Shown here in pieces: positions 18,079-28,305 of a DNA stretch of 52,036 bases (positions are counted from its first letter, which is position 1; each line of letters starts with the position of its first letter). The stretch comes from Chlamydiales bacterium (GTDB taxonomy: Bacteria; Chlamydiota; Chlamydiia; Chlamydiales; JACRBE01), in NCBI GenBank assembly GCA_016213235.1, contig JACRBE010000058.1, positions 1-52,036 on the forward strand. The letters are read 5' to 3'. The translations under genes were made by a program, and so were the position numbers. The notes beneath the pieces are model-generated. The model had not been told where the DNA came from and made no database searches. It saw nothing but the letters and a program-made list of their open reading frames with translations.

Positions 18079-19908
18079 TTATTTGTAGTTTTTAAAATGA
18101 TGAATAATAGATGCAATATCTTTCTGACGAAGCTCTTTTACTTGTTGGAGAGATTCTGAAGACGCCTCTTTTATTGCTGCAATAGATCCAAAGTGTTGCA
18201 TCAGAGCCCTTTTTTTCTTAGGACCAATACCGGGTATTTCATCTAAACCACTTTTAAACGTCCGTTTTTTGCGAATATTGCGATGGTAGGTGATTGCTCT
18301 ACGATGTGCCTCATCCCGTATATTTTGTAAGAAAAAAAGAAGAGAGTTTGTATGATCTAATATAATAGGTTCTTTATGATCCGGAATAAAGATTTTTTCT
18401 TTGGTAAGACCTTTATCATGACGTGCATTTTCTTTGCTAAGAGCAATAACATCAACAGATACGATTTCTAGCTGTTTTAAAACGTCTATCCCAATATTAA
18501 GTTGACCCTTGCCCCCATCGAGTATGATGAGATCCGGAAAATCATTTTCCTCTTTTGCTTTGGTAAATCTACGCAATAACACCTCTTTTAGGGCAGAATA
18601 ATCATCTGTCCTCTCTTTGCTTTGTATTTTATATAACCGGTATCTCTTGCTATCTTTTTCTCCACCTGTAAATGCAGAAAGAGAAGCGACTGGATCATGC
18701 ATAGAGATATTAGAGGTATCAAAACATTCAATACGAATAGGACATTTATTGAGATGCAGAATCTCTTGGAGTTCAAGAAGTAGCGATTCTTTGGATGACC
18801 CATCTTTTAATTCTTGCTGCATGATATGGTAAGCATTTTCATTAGCAAGCTCGATAACTTTTTTTTTCTCCCCTTTTTGGGGATAGAGTATTTCAATTTT
18901 CTTATGGTAAGTATCAAATAAGATCTCTTCTAAAAGAGGGGAATCTTCCAACTTTTTTGGAATAAGAATAAGTCCCGGAGGAAGCGAATCTTTATATGCT
19001 TGCAATAAAAACAAACAGAGAATTTCTTCATCTAGAGAAGCTGTTTTTAAAAAGGAGTAATTCTTGGAGGCAATTAATCTGCCTTCTTTATAGTGCAGTT
19101 TCACAATAATCACATGAGATGTTTGTCTAAATAAGCCAATGGCATCAAAATCCCCCATAAATCCATGTGTAATATTTTTCCCTTGATTACAAATGTGCTT
19201 AATACGCTGGATGGTTTGATAAATAGATGATGCCTTTTCAAACTCTAAATTTTCTGAGGCCTCTAGCATTTTTTTTTCTAATTCTTGCACTACCTTATCA
19301 TCATTACCTTTTAAAAACTCAATAGCCTCTTGTACATAGGCTTGATAGTCCTCCCTAGTGCATTTGTTGACGCATGGTGCAATACATTTCTTAATGGAAT
19401 ATAATAAACAAGGACGCTTGCGTCTTTTTAACTCTTCATCAGAACATTGACGAAGAGGAAAAAGATTTGTCATCGTTTCATAGGTATCCCTTGCAGCAAG
19501 CGAGCTGATATAAGGGCCAAAATAGAGTCCTTTGTCCGTTGGTTTATTTTTATAACGTACTAACCGTACCATAGGCCATGAGTGATGATGGTTGATCATT
19601 AAACTGATAAATGTCTTATCATCTTTAAGTAAAATGTTATATTTTGGCTGATATTCTTTGATCAATGAGTTTTCTAGTAAAAGAGCCTCTTTTTCATTTG
19701 GTGTGACAATAGTCTTAATGTCCACAACCTTAGAAATTAAAAAGGGTATCATTTCCCTCTGATCTCGCCCTTCAAGGAAATATTGCTTGATGCGATTTTT
19801 TAAGATCTTTGCTTTCCCAATATAAAGTATGATCTGTTTAGCATCTTTCATGATGTAAACACCAGGTTTCATTGGAAAATGATTTAATTTTTCTAAATCA
19901 AACGACAT
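18079..19908 (-). CDS. uvrC: Excinuclease ABC subunit C
   Basis: PGVY..YIGKAK GIY-YIG, RIECFDTSN, PDLIILDGGKGQL, RDEAHRRA, HhH IPGIG. Confidence 0.97.
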   Translation of the reverse strand: MSFDLEKLNHFPMKPGVYIMKDAKQIILYIGKAKILKNRIKQYFLEGRDQREMIPFLISKVVDIKTIVTPNEKEALLLENSLIKEYQPKYNILLKDDKTFISLMINHHHSWPMVRLVRYKNKPTDKGLYFGPYISSLAARDTYETMTNLFPLRQCSDEELKRRKRPCLLYSIKKCIAPCVNKCTREDYQAYVQEAIEFLKGNDDKVVQELEKKMLEASENLEFEKASSIYQTIQRIKHICNQGKNITHGFMGDFDAIGLFRQTSHVIIVKLHYKEGRLIASKNYSFLKTASLDEEILCLFLLQAYKDSLPPGLILIPKKLEDSPLLEEILFDTYHKKIEILYPQKGEKKKVIELANENAYHIMQQELKDGSSKESLLLELQEILHLNKCPIRIECFDTSNISMHDPVASLSAFTGGEKDSKRYRLYKIQSKERTDDYSALKEVLLRRFTKAKEENDFPDLIILDGGKGQLNIGIDVLKQLEIVSVDVIALSKENARHDKGLTKEKIFIPDHKEPIILDHTNSLLFFLQNIRDEAHRRAITYHRNIRKKRTFKSGLDEIPGIGPKKKRALMQHFGSIAAIKEASSESLQQVKELRQKDIASIIHHFKNYK

Positions 19909-22515
19909 TTAAATCTTTTTTAAGTTTTCTTGCCATTTTATTAGATACTCAAAAGCATCTAATGGGGATGTTTTTAATATATCAATCTCTTTGATTTGCT
20001 CCAGAATTTTCTTTTTCTTTTCATCTGATACATGATCTAAAGGAAATAGTAAAAGTTGGTCTTCTTCTGATAAAGAGGTTTTTGTAGGTTTTTGCTTCAG
20101 CTTGATCTCTTGAAATGTTTTTAGCTTTTCCTTAGCTTTTTGGATCACTGCAGGAGGTAATCCTGCTAGTTTGGCAACATGAATACCAAAACTTTTATCC
20201 GATCCTCCAGGAACAATTTTTCGTAAAAATACAATATTATCTTCTAATTCTTCTACTTCTACACGAAAATTTTTTGCCTTTGGAAATAATTCAGACATGC
20301 TAGTTAGTTCATGATAATGAGTAGCAAATAATGTTTTTGCTTTCTTCCCTTCCGTTGTCAGTAAATATTCTGCTACAGCAAAGGCAATTGCCACCCCATC
20401 ATAGGTTGAAGTACCACGGCCAATTTCATCTAGTATTACAATAGATTTAGAAGTAACATTATTCAAAATATTTGCCGTTTCACTCATTTCTACCATAAAA
20501 GTAGATTGTCCACGCAGCAGGTCATCACTCGCGCCAATCCTAGAAAACACCTTGTCCACAATACCAATTGTCGCAGAGGCTGCAGGAATAAAACATCCAA
20601 TTTGTGCCATGATACATAGCAGGGCTACTTGTCTAATATAAGTGGATTTACCGGCCATATTAGGACCGGTAATTAACATTAACTGACATTCTGCCTCATT
20701 TAGATTAGTATCATTTGGAATAAAGGAGTGACTACTATGTTTAGCTTCAATAGTAGGATGCCTACCATGAGTAATATGTAAGTTATTGGAATAATCTATG
20801 ATAGGACGAATATAGCCATGCTCTTTACTTACAGATGCTAGAGAAACAATACAATCTATCCAGGCGCATGCATTTGCCGCTTTCCGAATATCTACTTCAT
20901 ACAGAGAAATTTTTTCACGTAGTTGTTGAAATAAGGTATATTCTAATTTTGAGACGTTTTCTTCAGCATGAAGTATCTTTGTTTCAAACTCTTGGAGCTC
21001 CTCGGAAATAAATCTCTCTGTATTGACAAGAGTTTGTTTCTTATAAAAAGTAGAAGGCATGCTTTTTGCTTGTAGTCGTGATACTTCAATAAAATAACCA
21101 AAAGCATGGTTAAATCCTACTTTGAGAGTTTTTAAATCAAGTAGCTTTCTTAATTGTTCTTGATAATTCTTCAGCCACTCTTCACTATTTTCCTTAAGAT
21201 GGATCAATACATCGAGTTCTTTATTGTATCCTTTGTTAAAAATGCCTCCTTCGGTAATTTTAAGAGGAGGGGTATCAACAATAGATTGTATAATTTCCTC
21301 ACTCATAGCTTTGCAGTCAAAAAAGTGGGATTGTTGATGCCTAAAAAAAAGGATAGGGATTTGCTCTAAAAGTTTTTGTAATAGTGGAATCATTTGTAGC
21401 GATAACCCTAGTGCTTTTATATCTCTTGGACCAGCATAATTACCACAAATTTTCATGATTAAACGCTCGATATCGCGTATTTCATGAAGAAGAGATTGTA
21501 ACTCCTGTAACACTTTAGGTTCCTGGATTAGATAACTAATAGCATCTTGACGCTGATGAATTTCACCTAGATTGGTAGATGGATGAGCAACGAGGTGTTT
21601 CATCATCCTGGATCCCATTGCCGTTTTTGTCTGATTGAGCAAATCAAACAAAGAAAATGATGCATCTGCTTCATGGGGAGAGCCCATGATATTTAAATGC
21701 TTGAATGTTGCAGCATCAATAGATAAATACTCATCTAAAAAAAGGGGAGCAATAGTTCTTATATGTTTGATTTCTAAATAAAGGTCCTCATTTACATACG
21801 CTAAAAGCGATCCCGCTGCATTAATGGCAGCAGTCATCTGTTTTAACCCAAATCCATCAAGAGAATGTACCCCAAAATGTGTTTTTAACCATTCATAAGA
21901 GATTTGAAAGTCAAATGCCCAGTCATCTTTTACATTTAGTCGATAAGAAAATTCTAATTTTAATTGCTGCAAAAAGGAGTCAAATTGCTTATAGAATTTT
22001 CTAGCAACAAGTATCTCCTTTGGCCTACGTTTGATTATTTCATCTAAAAGGTGGGATAGGCTTTCCAGTTCTGTAACTTTAAATTCTCCCGTAGACAAGT
22101 CAAGCAGTGCCATACCTATAATCGAGTTCACCTGCACGAGTGCTACCATGAATTTATTTGAAACGTCTTGTTGATAGGGACTATCTAAATAGGTAGCAGG
22201 GGAAACAGTACGAATAATCTCTCTCTTGACAATGCCTTTTGCATCACTAGGAGATTCTAATTGCTCTGCAATAGAAACCTTATGGCCACGATTAATCAGT
22301 TTTTCCAGATAGTTTTCCACAGCATGAACAGGAATACCGCTCATCGGTATGCCTTGCCGCTGTGTAAGCGTTAATTGTAACTCTTTCGCAAGCGTTTTTG
22401 CATCATCATAAAAGGCTTCATAAAAATCACCTAAACGAAATAACAATAAAGATTCTTTGGCTTGCTGTTTACAGTCATGCCATTGTTGTATCATCGGAGT
22501 AATTTTTGCATTCAT
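19909..22515 (-). CDS. mutS: DNA mismatch repair protein MutS
   Basis: TPMIQQW, FRLGDFYE, ITGPNMAGKSTY, STFMVEM, DEIGRGTST, FATHYHEL. Confidence 0.97.
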   Translation of the reverse strand: MNAKITPMIQQWHDCKQQAKESLLLFRLGDFYEAFYDDAKTLAKELQLTLTQRQGIPMSGIPVHAVENYLEKLINRGHKVSIAEQLESPSDAKGIVKREIIRTVSPATYLDSPYQQDVSNKFMVALVQVNSIIGMALLDLSTGEFKVTELESLSHLLDEIIKRRPKEILVARKFYKQFDSFLQQLKLEFSYRLNVKDDWAFDFQISYEWLKTHFGVHSLDGFGLKQMTAAINAAGSLLAYVNEDLYLEIKHIRTIAPLFLDEYLSIDAATFKHLNIMGSPHEADASFSLFDLLNQTKTAMGSRMMKHLVAHPSTNLGEIHQRQDAISYLIQEPKVLQELQSLLHEIRDIERLIMKICGNYAGPRDIKALGLSLQMIPLLQKLLEQIPILFFRHQQSHFFDCKAMSEEIIQSIVDTPPLKITEGGIFNKGYNKELDVLIHLKENSEEWLKNYQEQLRKLLDLKTLKVGFNHAFGYFIEVSRLQAKSMPSTFYKKQTLVNTERFISEELQEFETKILHAEENVSKLEYTLFQQLREKISLYEVDIRKAANACAWIDCIVSLASVSKEHGYIRPIIDYSNNLHITHGRHPTIEAKHSSHSFIPNDTNLNEAECQLMLITGPNMAGKSTYIRQVALLCIMAQIGCFIPAASATIGIVDKVFSRIGASDDLLRGQSTFMVEMSETANILNNVTSKSIVILDEIGRGTSTYDGVAIAFAVAEYLLTTEGKKAKTLFATHYHELTSMSELFPKAKNFRVEVEELEDNIVFLRKIVPGGSDKSFGIHVAKLAGLPPAVIQKAKEKLKTFQEIKLKQKPTKTSLSEEDQLLLFPLDHVSDEKKKKILEQIKEIDILKTSPLDAFEYLIKWQENLKKI

Positions 22516-22997
22516 GCGCGTATCTTGAGTTTCTTTAGTATTTTTTTAAGTAAAGACTCTTTTTTGATTTCAGGCTTTTGAGGATGATCTATTTGATTGA
22601 GTTCTGCAATGGCTTTTTTTGCTTGAAGAATAACACCGTCATTCCATCTTTGCGATTCTTCTATTTCTGTAATAATTTGCTCTAAATCAGCGCGAATATC
22701 AGCGGGGGACCTGATTTTAGTTTCATCTGGAAATGCAATATGGGCTGCACTACGCAGATTCCTAATTTGTTCTTGCGTGGAGAAAATTTTAATAAGTAGA
22801 GGAAAATAAACATCGCGATGTTTTGGCTGATATCTTGAATCTTTTCCGGAAATCACTCGGTCGGAAGAGATATTTACCTTAGAAAGGGTCGCTCTTGAAG
22901 TTTGGTGGATAGCATCTCTTTCCTGGGGGGATATCTGAAACACCCGTCTTTGAAAACGAGAAGAAGCTATATTATTGTCCTCTTCTAACTTAGGCAT
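22512..22997 (-). CDS. Hypothetical protein, translationally coupled to mutS
   Basis: Stop overlaps the mutS start (ATGA). Start placed at MPKLEE (ORF track 23090). Helical C-terminal half. Confidence 0.65.
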   Translation of the reverse strand: MPKLEEDNNIASSRFQRRVFQISPQERDAIHQTSRATLSKVNISSDRVISGKDSRYQPKHRDVYFPLLIKIFSTQEQIRNLRSAAHIAFPDETKIRSPADIRADLEQIITEIEESQRWNDGVILQAKKAIAELNQIDHPQKPEIKKESLLKKILKKLKIRA

Positions 22998-23175
22998 ACG
23001 AATTATTGGTTTATTACATGAAAATAAACAATCAATATAACATACAAATTCTTTTTCATAAAGACCTTTATTAACAATTCGGCATGTCACATTGCAGCAG
23101 CACCTGTTTTTGCAACTTCTACAATAGAAATCATGGGTGATTTTGTTAATTATGAACTATCTATCTAAATATTAA

Positions 23176-23685
23176 TTATCTTTCACAGATCGTTAGAGTA
23201 AAATCTTTTTCATAGCCTATTCGTCTTGCTAATAAAACATTTAGCTCTGCTTGAATACGATGAAAAACATCTTCTTTTAACTCGTCATCGATATCTGGAA
23301 ATGAGGCTGTAATAACCTCTATTTTTTGATTAGGGTGAATGACAATATCGAGTGTTGAATGTAGCGTTGGGAACGCTTCTTGCCAATAATCTGTGATATA
23401 TTCCTTAATGATCGCTTCATCTACCAGGGCTTTAGAGTGTTTCATTTTAATCTGGAAATACCGTTTTCGATTAAGAAAATAAAATAAACCAAATAATAAA
23501 ACACCAAAACTAGTGAAAACAATCCCTAATTTAGTAAAAACCTGAGGCTCATTTAGCACAAAATGAACCACAGAAAACTGAATCTCCTTAAAGTGAGGAA
23601 GAGCAAGGAAAAGGCTTCCCATTCCAACAAGTAAAAAAACAACAAATAAATGTGCTGCTGAGAAAACAATATTAATATTTCTCAT
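23176..23685 (-). CDS. Hypothetical membrane protein, partner of the Asp23-family gene
   Basis: Two N-terminal TM helices; start overlaps the upstream stop. Confidence 0.75.
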   Translation of the reverse strand: MRNINIVFSAAHLFVVFLLVGMGSLFLALPHFKEIQFSVVHFVLNEPQVFTKLGIVFTSFGVLLFGLFYFLNRKRYFQIKMKHSKALVDEAIIKEYITDYWQEAFPTLHSTLDIVIHPNQKIEVITASFPDIDDELKEDVFHRIQAELNVLLARRIGYEKDFTLTICER

Positions 23686-24179
23686 TAAAATTCTTCTGAA
23701 TACTCATTTAAAGCATTTTCATCTAGTTGTTTTGTACCTGTTTTATCCACACCTTTTTTCATTGATTTTGCAATGATTTTTTCTAAATCCTCATCTGGAA
23801 GAAGGTTCTTAAATATAATATGGACACAAGAGACATGCAATCCTGTTAACTTTACGATTTCATGCACTAATTTCGTTTGGATTTCTTCCGCTTTTTCAGG
23901 TATGGAAATGCCATAGGATATATTTAATTCTACTTTGAGACTAACGGAATGATTTTTTGTATCCTGCTCTACATAAATACCTTTAACCCTTTCTAATCCC
24001 TCTCTACCAAGTAAATTATCAATAATATTTCCTTCGAGAAGTGATACATTTTCAATAGTAGAAATGCATTTAATGGTGATTGCCTGGAATACTCGAGTTT
24101 CAATATCTCTAATAAAAACGGTATCTGGAAAATCAAGTTCCTTTGTATCGATTTGCTTGAACTGATCTAACATCTGCAT
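23685..24179 (-). CDS. Asp23/Gls24 family protein (Chlamydia CT790-like)
   Basis: YGISIPEKAEEIQ..LTGLHVSCVH signature; syntenic with uvrC/mutS. Confidence 0.8.
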   Translation of the reverse strand: MQMLDQFKQIDTKELDFPDTVFIRDIETRVFQAITIKCISTIENVSLLEGNIIDNLLGREGLERVKGIYVEQDTKNHSVSLKVELNISYGISIPEKAEEIQTKLVHEIVKLTGLHVSCVHIIFKNLLPDEDLEKIIAKSMKKGVDKTGTKQLDENALNEYSEEF

Positions 24180-24328
24180 CTCCTTGATACGATATTTTTA
24201 AGGTAAAATATTATAACAACATCTTCATTAATGCAATCTTCGACTACTAAAAAATAGAAAAAAGTATTTTATTTTCCAATTCGGTACAATGTATTTTAAG
24301 AAATAACATCAATCAAAAGGTATTCAAA

Positions 24329-24754
24329 ATGTTTCTTACATTTATGCTTCTTGCAACATGGGTAATACTCGGTCTTATTTGTTCAAGAATCGCTAAAAAA
24401 AAGAATAGAAATCCTACCACATGGTTTTATATAGGATTTTTTTTAGGAGTAATCGGAGTAGTAATTATTCTTTTTCTTCCATCTAAATCAGCTGCGATAC
24501 ATGTGGCTATTGAGCCAACGACGATAGTTCCTATAGATAATCCCGTCATGCGGGAGCTGAGGGGAAAACACTGGTACTATTTAGATGAATCGCATCTTCA
24601 AATTGGTCCTATGTCTTTTGATGCATTTAAACGATCATTTCAAGAAGGTAGATTTTCTTTTAAAAACTATGTTTGGAATGAAGATTTGGATAGTTGGAAA
24701 AAATTAGAAGAGTTAGTTGACTACCATAGTCATCTAGAAATAGAAAAAACCTGA
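24329..24754 (+). CDS. Membrane protein with C-terminal GYF_2/DUF4339 domain (CT788-like)
   Basis: Two TM helices, then WYYLD..QIGP..YVWNE...W. Confidence 0.8.
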   Translation: MFLTFMLLATWVILGLICSRIAKKKNRNPTTWFYIGFFLGVIGVVIILFLPSKSAAIHVAIEPTTIVPIDNPVMRELRGKHWYYLDESHLQIGPMSFDAFKRSFQEGRFSFKNYVWNEDLDSWKKLEELVDYHSHLEIEKT

Positions 24755-24773
24755 TATAAATCAGGTTTTTTCT
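24742..24773. terminator. Bidirectional intrinsic terminator between convergent genes
   Basis: Perfect 14-bp inverted repeat AGAAAAAACCTGAT-ataa-ATCAGGTTTTTTCT. Confidence 0.8.
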
Positions 24774-24802
24774 CAATTCATGTAATTGCTTATAAATTAA
24801 AA

Positions 24803-25108
24803 TTACCAGCTAGCTTTGAAAATACCTGGCAACTCACCACTATTTGCCATTTCTCTAAAACAAAGTCTTGACATTTTGAATTTTCTTAAAAATCCTCTAC
24901 ATCTTCCTGTAAATTGGCAACGATTTCTCATTCTGATAGGAGATGAATTTTTGGGAAGTTTATCTAAATTGATCATTGCTTCCAATTTTTGTTCTGGAGT
25001 GGATGCAGGACTGCTAATAATTTTTTTATATTCCTGACGTTTTTCCCATTTTAGATTAGAAAGATGTGCTCTTTTCTTCTCTTTTTCTACCATTGCTTTT
25101 CTAGCCAT
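24803..25108 (-). CDS. rpsN: 30S ribosomal protein S14 (long form)
   Basis: [38 protein letters not shown]. Confidence 0.97.
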   Translation of the reverse strand: MARKAMVEKEKKRAHLSNLKWEKRQEYKKIISSPASTPEQKLEAMINLDKLPKNSSPIRMRNRCQFTGRCRGFLRKFKMSRLCFREMANSGELPGIFKASW

Positions 25109-25114
25109 AATTCT

Positions 25115-25252
25115 CTACTTTTTTCTTCCTGGACCTTTTTGTCTTTGTTTACGATTTGGGTCTTTTTTGTTAATAACATAGAGTCGACCCCGACGCTTTA
25201 CGATTTTATCCCCTTTAACCGGGTCAGCTTTAACAGATGCTCTTACTTTCAT
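25115..25252 (-). CDS. rpmJ: 50S ribosomal protein L36 (Cys-free), absent from the ORF track
   Basis: Hand translation [45 protein letters not shown]. Confidence 0.95.
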   Translation of the reverse strand: MKVRASVKADPVKGDKIVKRRGRLYVINKKDPNRKQRQKGPGRKK

Positions 25253-25352
25253 TTGTCTTCGATTCCTAAGCTTTTTTTAAAAACGGAACCATCATAGCGA
25301 TATTTTTTATTTTTCACAAGGCATAACATTCTTTAGTCCCTACTTTTCTTTG

Positions 25353-25382
25353 TTGACTAGAAAGTTTCTTATTTAATATCAT
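25353..25382 (+). promoter_or_regulatory. Putative sigma66/70 promoter of rpmH-rnpA
   Basis: TTGACT-N18-TATCAT, about 27 nt upstream of the rpmH ATG. Confidence 0.4.
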
Positions 25383-25409
25383 TTCCCAACAAATTATATA
25401 GGTATACAC

Positions 25410-25544
25410 ATGAAAAGAACGTATCAGCCAAGTAAAAAGAAAAGACAATCTACTCTCGGATTCCGTGCCCGTATGAAAACAAAGAACGGACGTAAAGTAG
25501 TAAACCGTAGAAGAAAAGCAGGTCGTAAAAGATTAACAGCGTAG
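25410..25544 (+). CDS. rpmH: 50S ribosomal protein L34, absent from the ORF track
   Basis: Hand translation [44 protein letters not shown]. Confidence 0.97.
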   Translation: MKRTYQPSKKKRQSTLGFRARMKTKNGRKVVNRRRKAGRKRLTA

Positions 25545-25927
25545 TTCAACGTTATAAAAAGACAAATCGGTTACGGACAAAACAAGATTTTAAGTCGGTT
25601 TCCTTAGAAGGGAAACGGCTTTATAGTGATTTGTTTGTTTTATTTTTAAGACGTGGAAAAACTGCTGTGCCAAGGCTGGGCATCACCGCCTCTAGGAAAT
25701 GTGGCAAAGCAAACAAGCGCAACTATTTCAAGCGCCGTGTAAGAGAAATTTTTAGAACGCATTGTAGTTTACTGCCACAAGATTTAGAAATTCACATCAA
25801 ACTAAACATCTCTCTTTATGAGAGTGATGAGGTGTTATATAAAGAAATTACAACACGATTATCTGAACTAGCCAATGAGACGATTGAACGAGCAGCAGCA
25901 ACAGGCTGTAGAGTGCACACAAGGTAA
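25532..25927 (+). CDS. rnpA: Ribonuclease P protein component (start codon uncertain, probably non-canonical)
   Basis: [28 protein letters not shown] motif. The conserved N-terminus [13 protein letters not shown] lies upstream of the first TTG (25631). Confidence 0.85.
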   Translation: MNSVVQRYKKTNRLRTKQDFKSVSLEGKRLYSDLFVLFLRRGKTAVPRLGITASRKCGKANKRNYFKRRVREIFRTHCSLLPQDLEIHIKLNISLYESDEVLYKEITTRLSELANETIERAAATGCRVHTR

Positions 25928-27830
25928 ACTTTTAGTACTAGCTGGTGCTGGTAGTGGGAAAACCTCTGTTATCATTTCCCGTATTTTATATTTGATACAA
26001 AAACAATCTGTCGATCCCTTTTCCATTTTAGGGCTTACATTCACGAATAAAGCAGCAGCAGAGATGAAAAATAGACTTTCCAAGTCTATTACCAAGGATC
26101 AAGCTGAGTTAATCACGCTTTGCACCTTTCACAGTTATTGTTTTCATTTACTTAAAAAAGAAATCCATCATCTTGGCTATACGAATCAATTCAGTATTTA
26201 TGATGAAAGAGACATCAAACGAGTATTACAAAATGTCATCAAAGCAGAAGGAGAAAATTTTCCTTCTGTGGATAAGGTATTTGCTATGGTCAAAGAGGAA
26301 GAGCCTATTGCAGGTCTTACTACAACTAAGCTAGATGAGATTAAGCTAGAGCTTTTATCCTCTTTAAAAACATATAATGCTGTTGATTTTGATGGATTAA
26401 TTTCTTTGACACTTGATTTATTTGAGCAGCATCATGATATTTTGGATAGAGAGCGAAAACGTTTTCAATATATCATGATTGATGAGTATCAAGATACGAA
26501 TCCGCAGCAATATGCTCTTGCTATGAAACTGTGTTCTTATCATCACAACTTATGCGTAGTTGGAGACGATGATCAGTCGATCTATGGATGGCGTGGAGCT
26601 CAAGTAGACCATATTCTACACTTTTCCTATGATCACCTCATTAAGTTGGAGCAAAACTATCGATCTACTCCTAATATTTTAAATAGTGCCAACAGTGTCA
26701 TTAAAAACAATAAGAGCAGGTATGATAAAACACTATGGAGCAAACAATCTCCCGGGAATTTGCTTCATGTTTTTCATGCACCAACAGAAGAAGATGAAGC
26801 AGATGCTATTGTTACTCGTCTGATTGATATCAAAACAAAAGCAAATTTAAAATGGTCTGATATAGCTATTCTTTATCGTTCTAACAATTTATCACGTATA
26901 TTTGAGACAAAATTAATACAGGCAGTATGGCAAAAAGGAGTAGACTGGGTACGGGGAATACCTTATCAAATTGTACAGGGCACGGAATTTTATGAGAGGG
27001 CAGAAGTCAAAGATATTGTAGCGTACTTGAAATGTATTGTGAATCCAAAAGATCAGGAGTCGCTACTGCGTATCATTAATTATCCAAGGCGTGGTATTTC
27101 TGATCAGACGCTAAAGAGTTTAACTACTTATAATCGAACACATAAAATCGCTCTTTGGGATGTATTAATTAGTATAACAAAAGGGCAATTAAGCTCTTTA
27201 TCTTTATCTTCTCAGGCAATACAAGGTATTTCCTTATTTGTATCACTCATGAAAGAGGCTATGCAACGTTTTGATACTACTAGTTTTAGCGACGCATTTT
27301 CCTGGCTTATTGGGGTAATTGGTTATAAAGATTTAATCATGCATGAAGTAAAAAGCGAACAAGCTCAAGCATTTAAATTAGAAAACATTGAAACGATAAA
27401 GGAAATGCTCACTAATTACCAAGAAGATCATCCGGATCATGGGCTTCATGAATTTTTATCCGACACGATGTTAGATTCTGACAAATATCAGAGAAAGAAA
27501 AATCAACTTTTTTTTGACAAGCTACAGCTGATGACATTTCATAGTGCAAAAGGGTTGGAATTTGAAGCCTGCTTTTTAGTGGGACTAGAAGATGGTATTT
27601 TACCTCATGAAAAAAGCATGCAAGATGGTTCTGTTGAAGAAGAGCGTAGATTGTTTTACGTAGCACTAACAAGGGCAAAAAAATATTTAAGTCTCAGCAT
27701 GTGTAGATCGAGAAAAAAATATGGTAAGCAAGTGGAAGCTAACCCATCTAGATTCTTATTTGAAATTCCTAAAGATTTAATGAAAGTTACCCGTTTCAAT
27801 TTCCCTGAATCTTTTGACTTTTCTGAATAA
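25875..27830 (+). CDS. uvrD: UvrD/Rep/PcrA family SF1 DNA helicase
   Basis: LAGAGSGKT, TFTNKAA, IDEYQDTN, VGDDDQSIYGWRGA, LEQNYRS, HSAKGLEF, EERRLFYVALTRA. Symbol is family-level. Confidence 0.9.
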   Translation: MRRLNEQQQQAVECTQGKLLVLAGAGSGKTSVIISRILYLIQKQSVDPFSILGLTFTNKAAAEMKNRLSKSITKDQAELITLCTFHSYCFHLLKKEIHHLGYTNQFSIYDERDIKRVLQNVIKAEGENFPSVDKVFAMVKEEEPIAGLTTTKLDEIKLELLSSLKTYNAVDFDGLISLTLDLFEQHHDILDRERKRFQYIMIDEYQDTNPQQYALAMKLCSYHHNLCVVGDDDQSIYGWRGAQVDHILHFSYDHLIKLEQNYRSTPNILNSANSVIKNNKSRYDKTLWSKQSPGNLLHVFHAPTEEDEADAIVTRLIDIKTKANLKWSDIAILYRSNNLSRIFETKLIQAVWQKGVDWVRGIPYQIVQGTEFYERAEVKDIVAYLKCIVNPKDQESLLRIINYPRRGISDQTLKSLTTYNRTHKIALWDVLISITKGQLSSLSLSSQAIQGISLFVSLMKEAMQRFDTTSFSDAFSWLIGVIGYKDLIMHEVKSEQAQAFKLENIETIKEMLTNYQEDHPDHGLHEFLSDTMLDSDKYQRKKNQLFFDKLQLMTFHSAKGLEFEACFLVGLEDGILPHEKSMQDGSVEEERRLFYVALTRAKKYLSLSMCRSRKKYGKQVEANPSRFLFEIPKDLMKVTRFNFPESFDFSE

Positions 27831-27831
27831 T

Positions 27832-28305
27832 ATGACGATACTTCTTCCTACTATTATCCTAAGACATCGAAAAGAAAATTTAAAAAAATGCTCCTTGCGA
27901 GGATTAGAAAAAAGAGAAGATTTTCTTTTTTATACTTATCCTAAAGATCCTCTTCCATCACTAGATGGTTACATTCTTTTGTCTATGGATGGAGATCCAC
28001 TATCAGAAAAAGATCATGAACATGGTCTATTTCTAATTGACGGGACATGGAATTATGCAGACGTCATGTATAAAAGTTTGCCAAATAAAGAAAAACTTAT
28101 AAAACGAAGTTTACCTAAAAACATTTATACAGCATATCCAAGAAAGCAAACTGGATGTTTGGATCCAGAGCGAGGTCTTGCCTCCATCGAAGCCTTATAT
28201 GCTGCTTATCTACTCATGGGCAGAGACGTCGATGGCTTACTGGATAATTACCACTGGAAAGATCTTTTCTTAAAACAGGCATCTATCCAATGGCTCTTAG
28301 AGTAA
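27832..28305 (+). CDS. Tsr3/DTW (TDD-superfamily) putative aminocarboxypropyltransferase
   Basis: ENLKKCSL, LIDGTW, RSLP, LASIEALYAA..G..LL..Y.W..FL. Confidence 0.65.
   Translation: MTILLPTIILRHRKENLKKCSLRGLEKREDFLFYTYPKDPLPSLDGYILLSMDGDPLSEKDHEHGLFLIDGTWNYADVMYKSLPNKEKLIKRSLPKNIYTAYPRKQTGCLDPERGLASIEALYAAYLLMGRDVDGLLDNYHWKDLFLKQASIQWLLE

Noticed and set aside
24803..25252. Zinc-independent S14/L36 as a zinc-starvation paralogue cassette
   Set aside because: These forms are the normal single copies in Chlamydiae and sit in the conserved rpmJ-rpsN position.
25064..25297. 77-aa plus-strand ORF
   Set aside because: Antisense shadow of rpmJ and rpsN.
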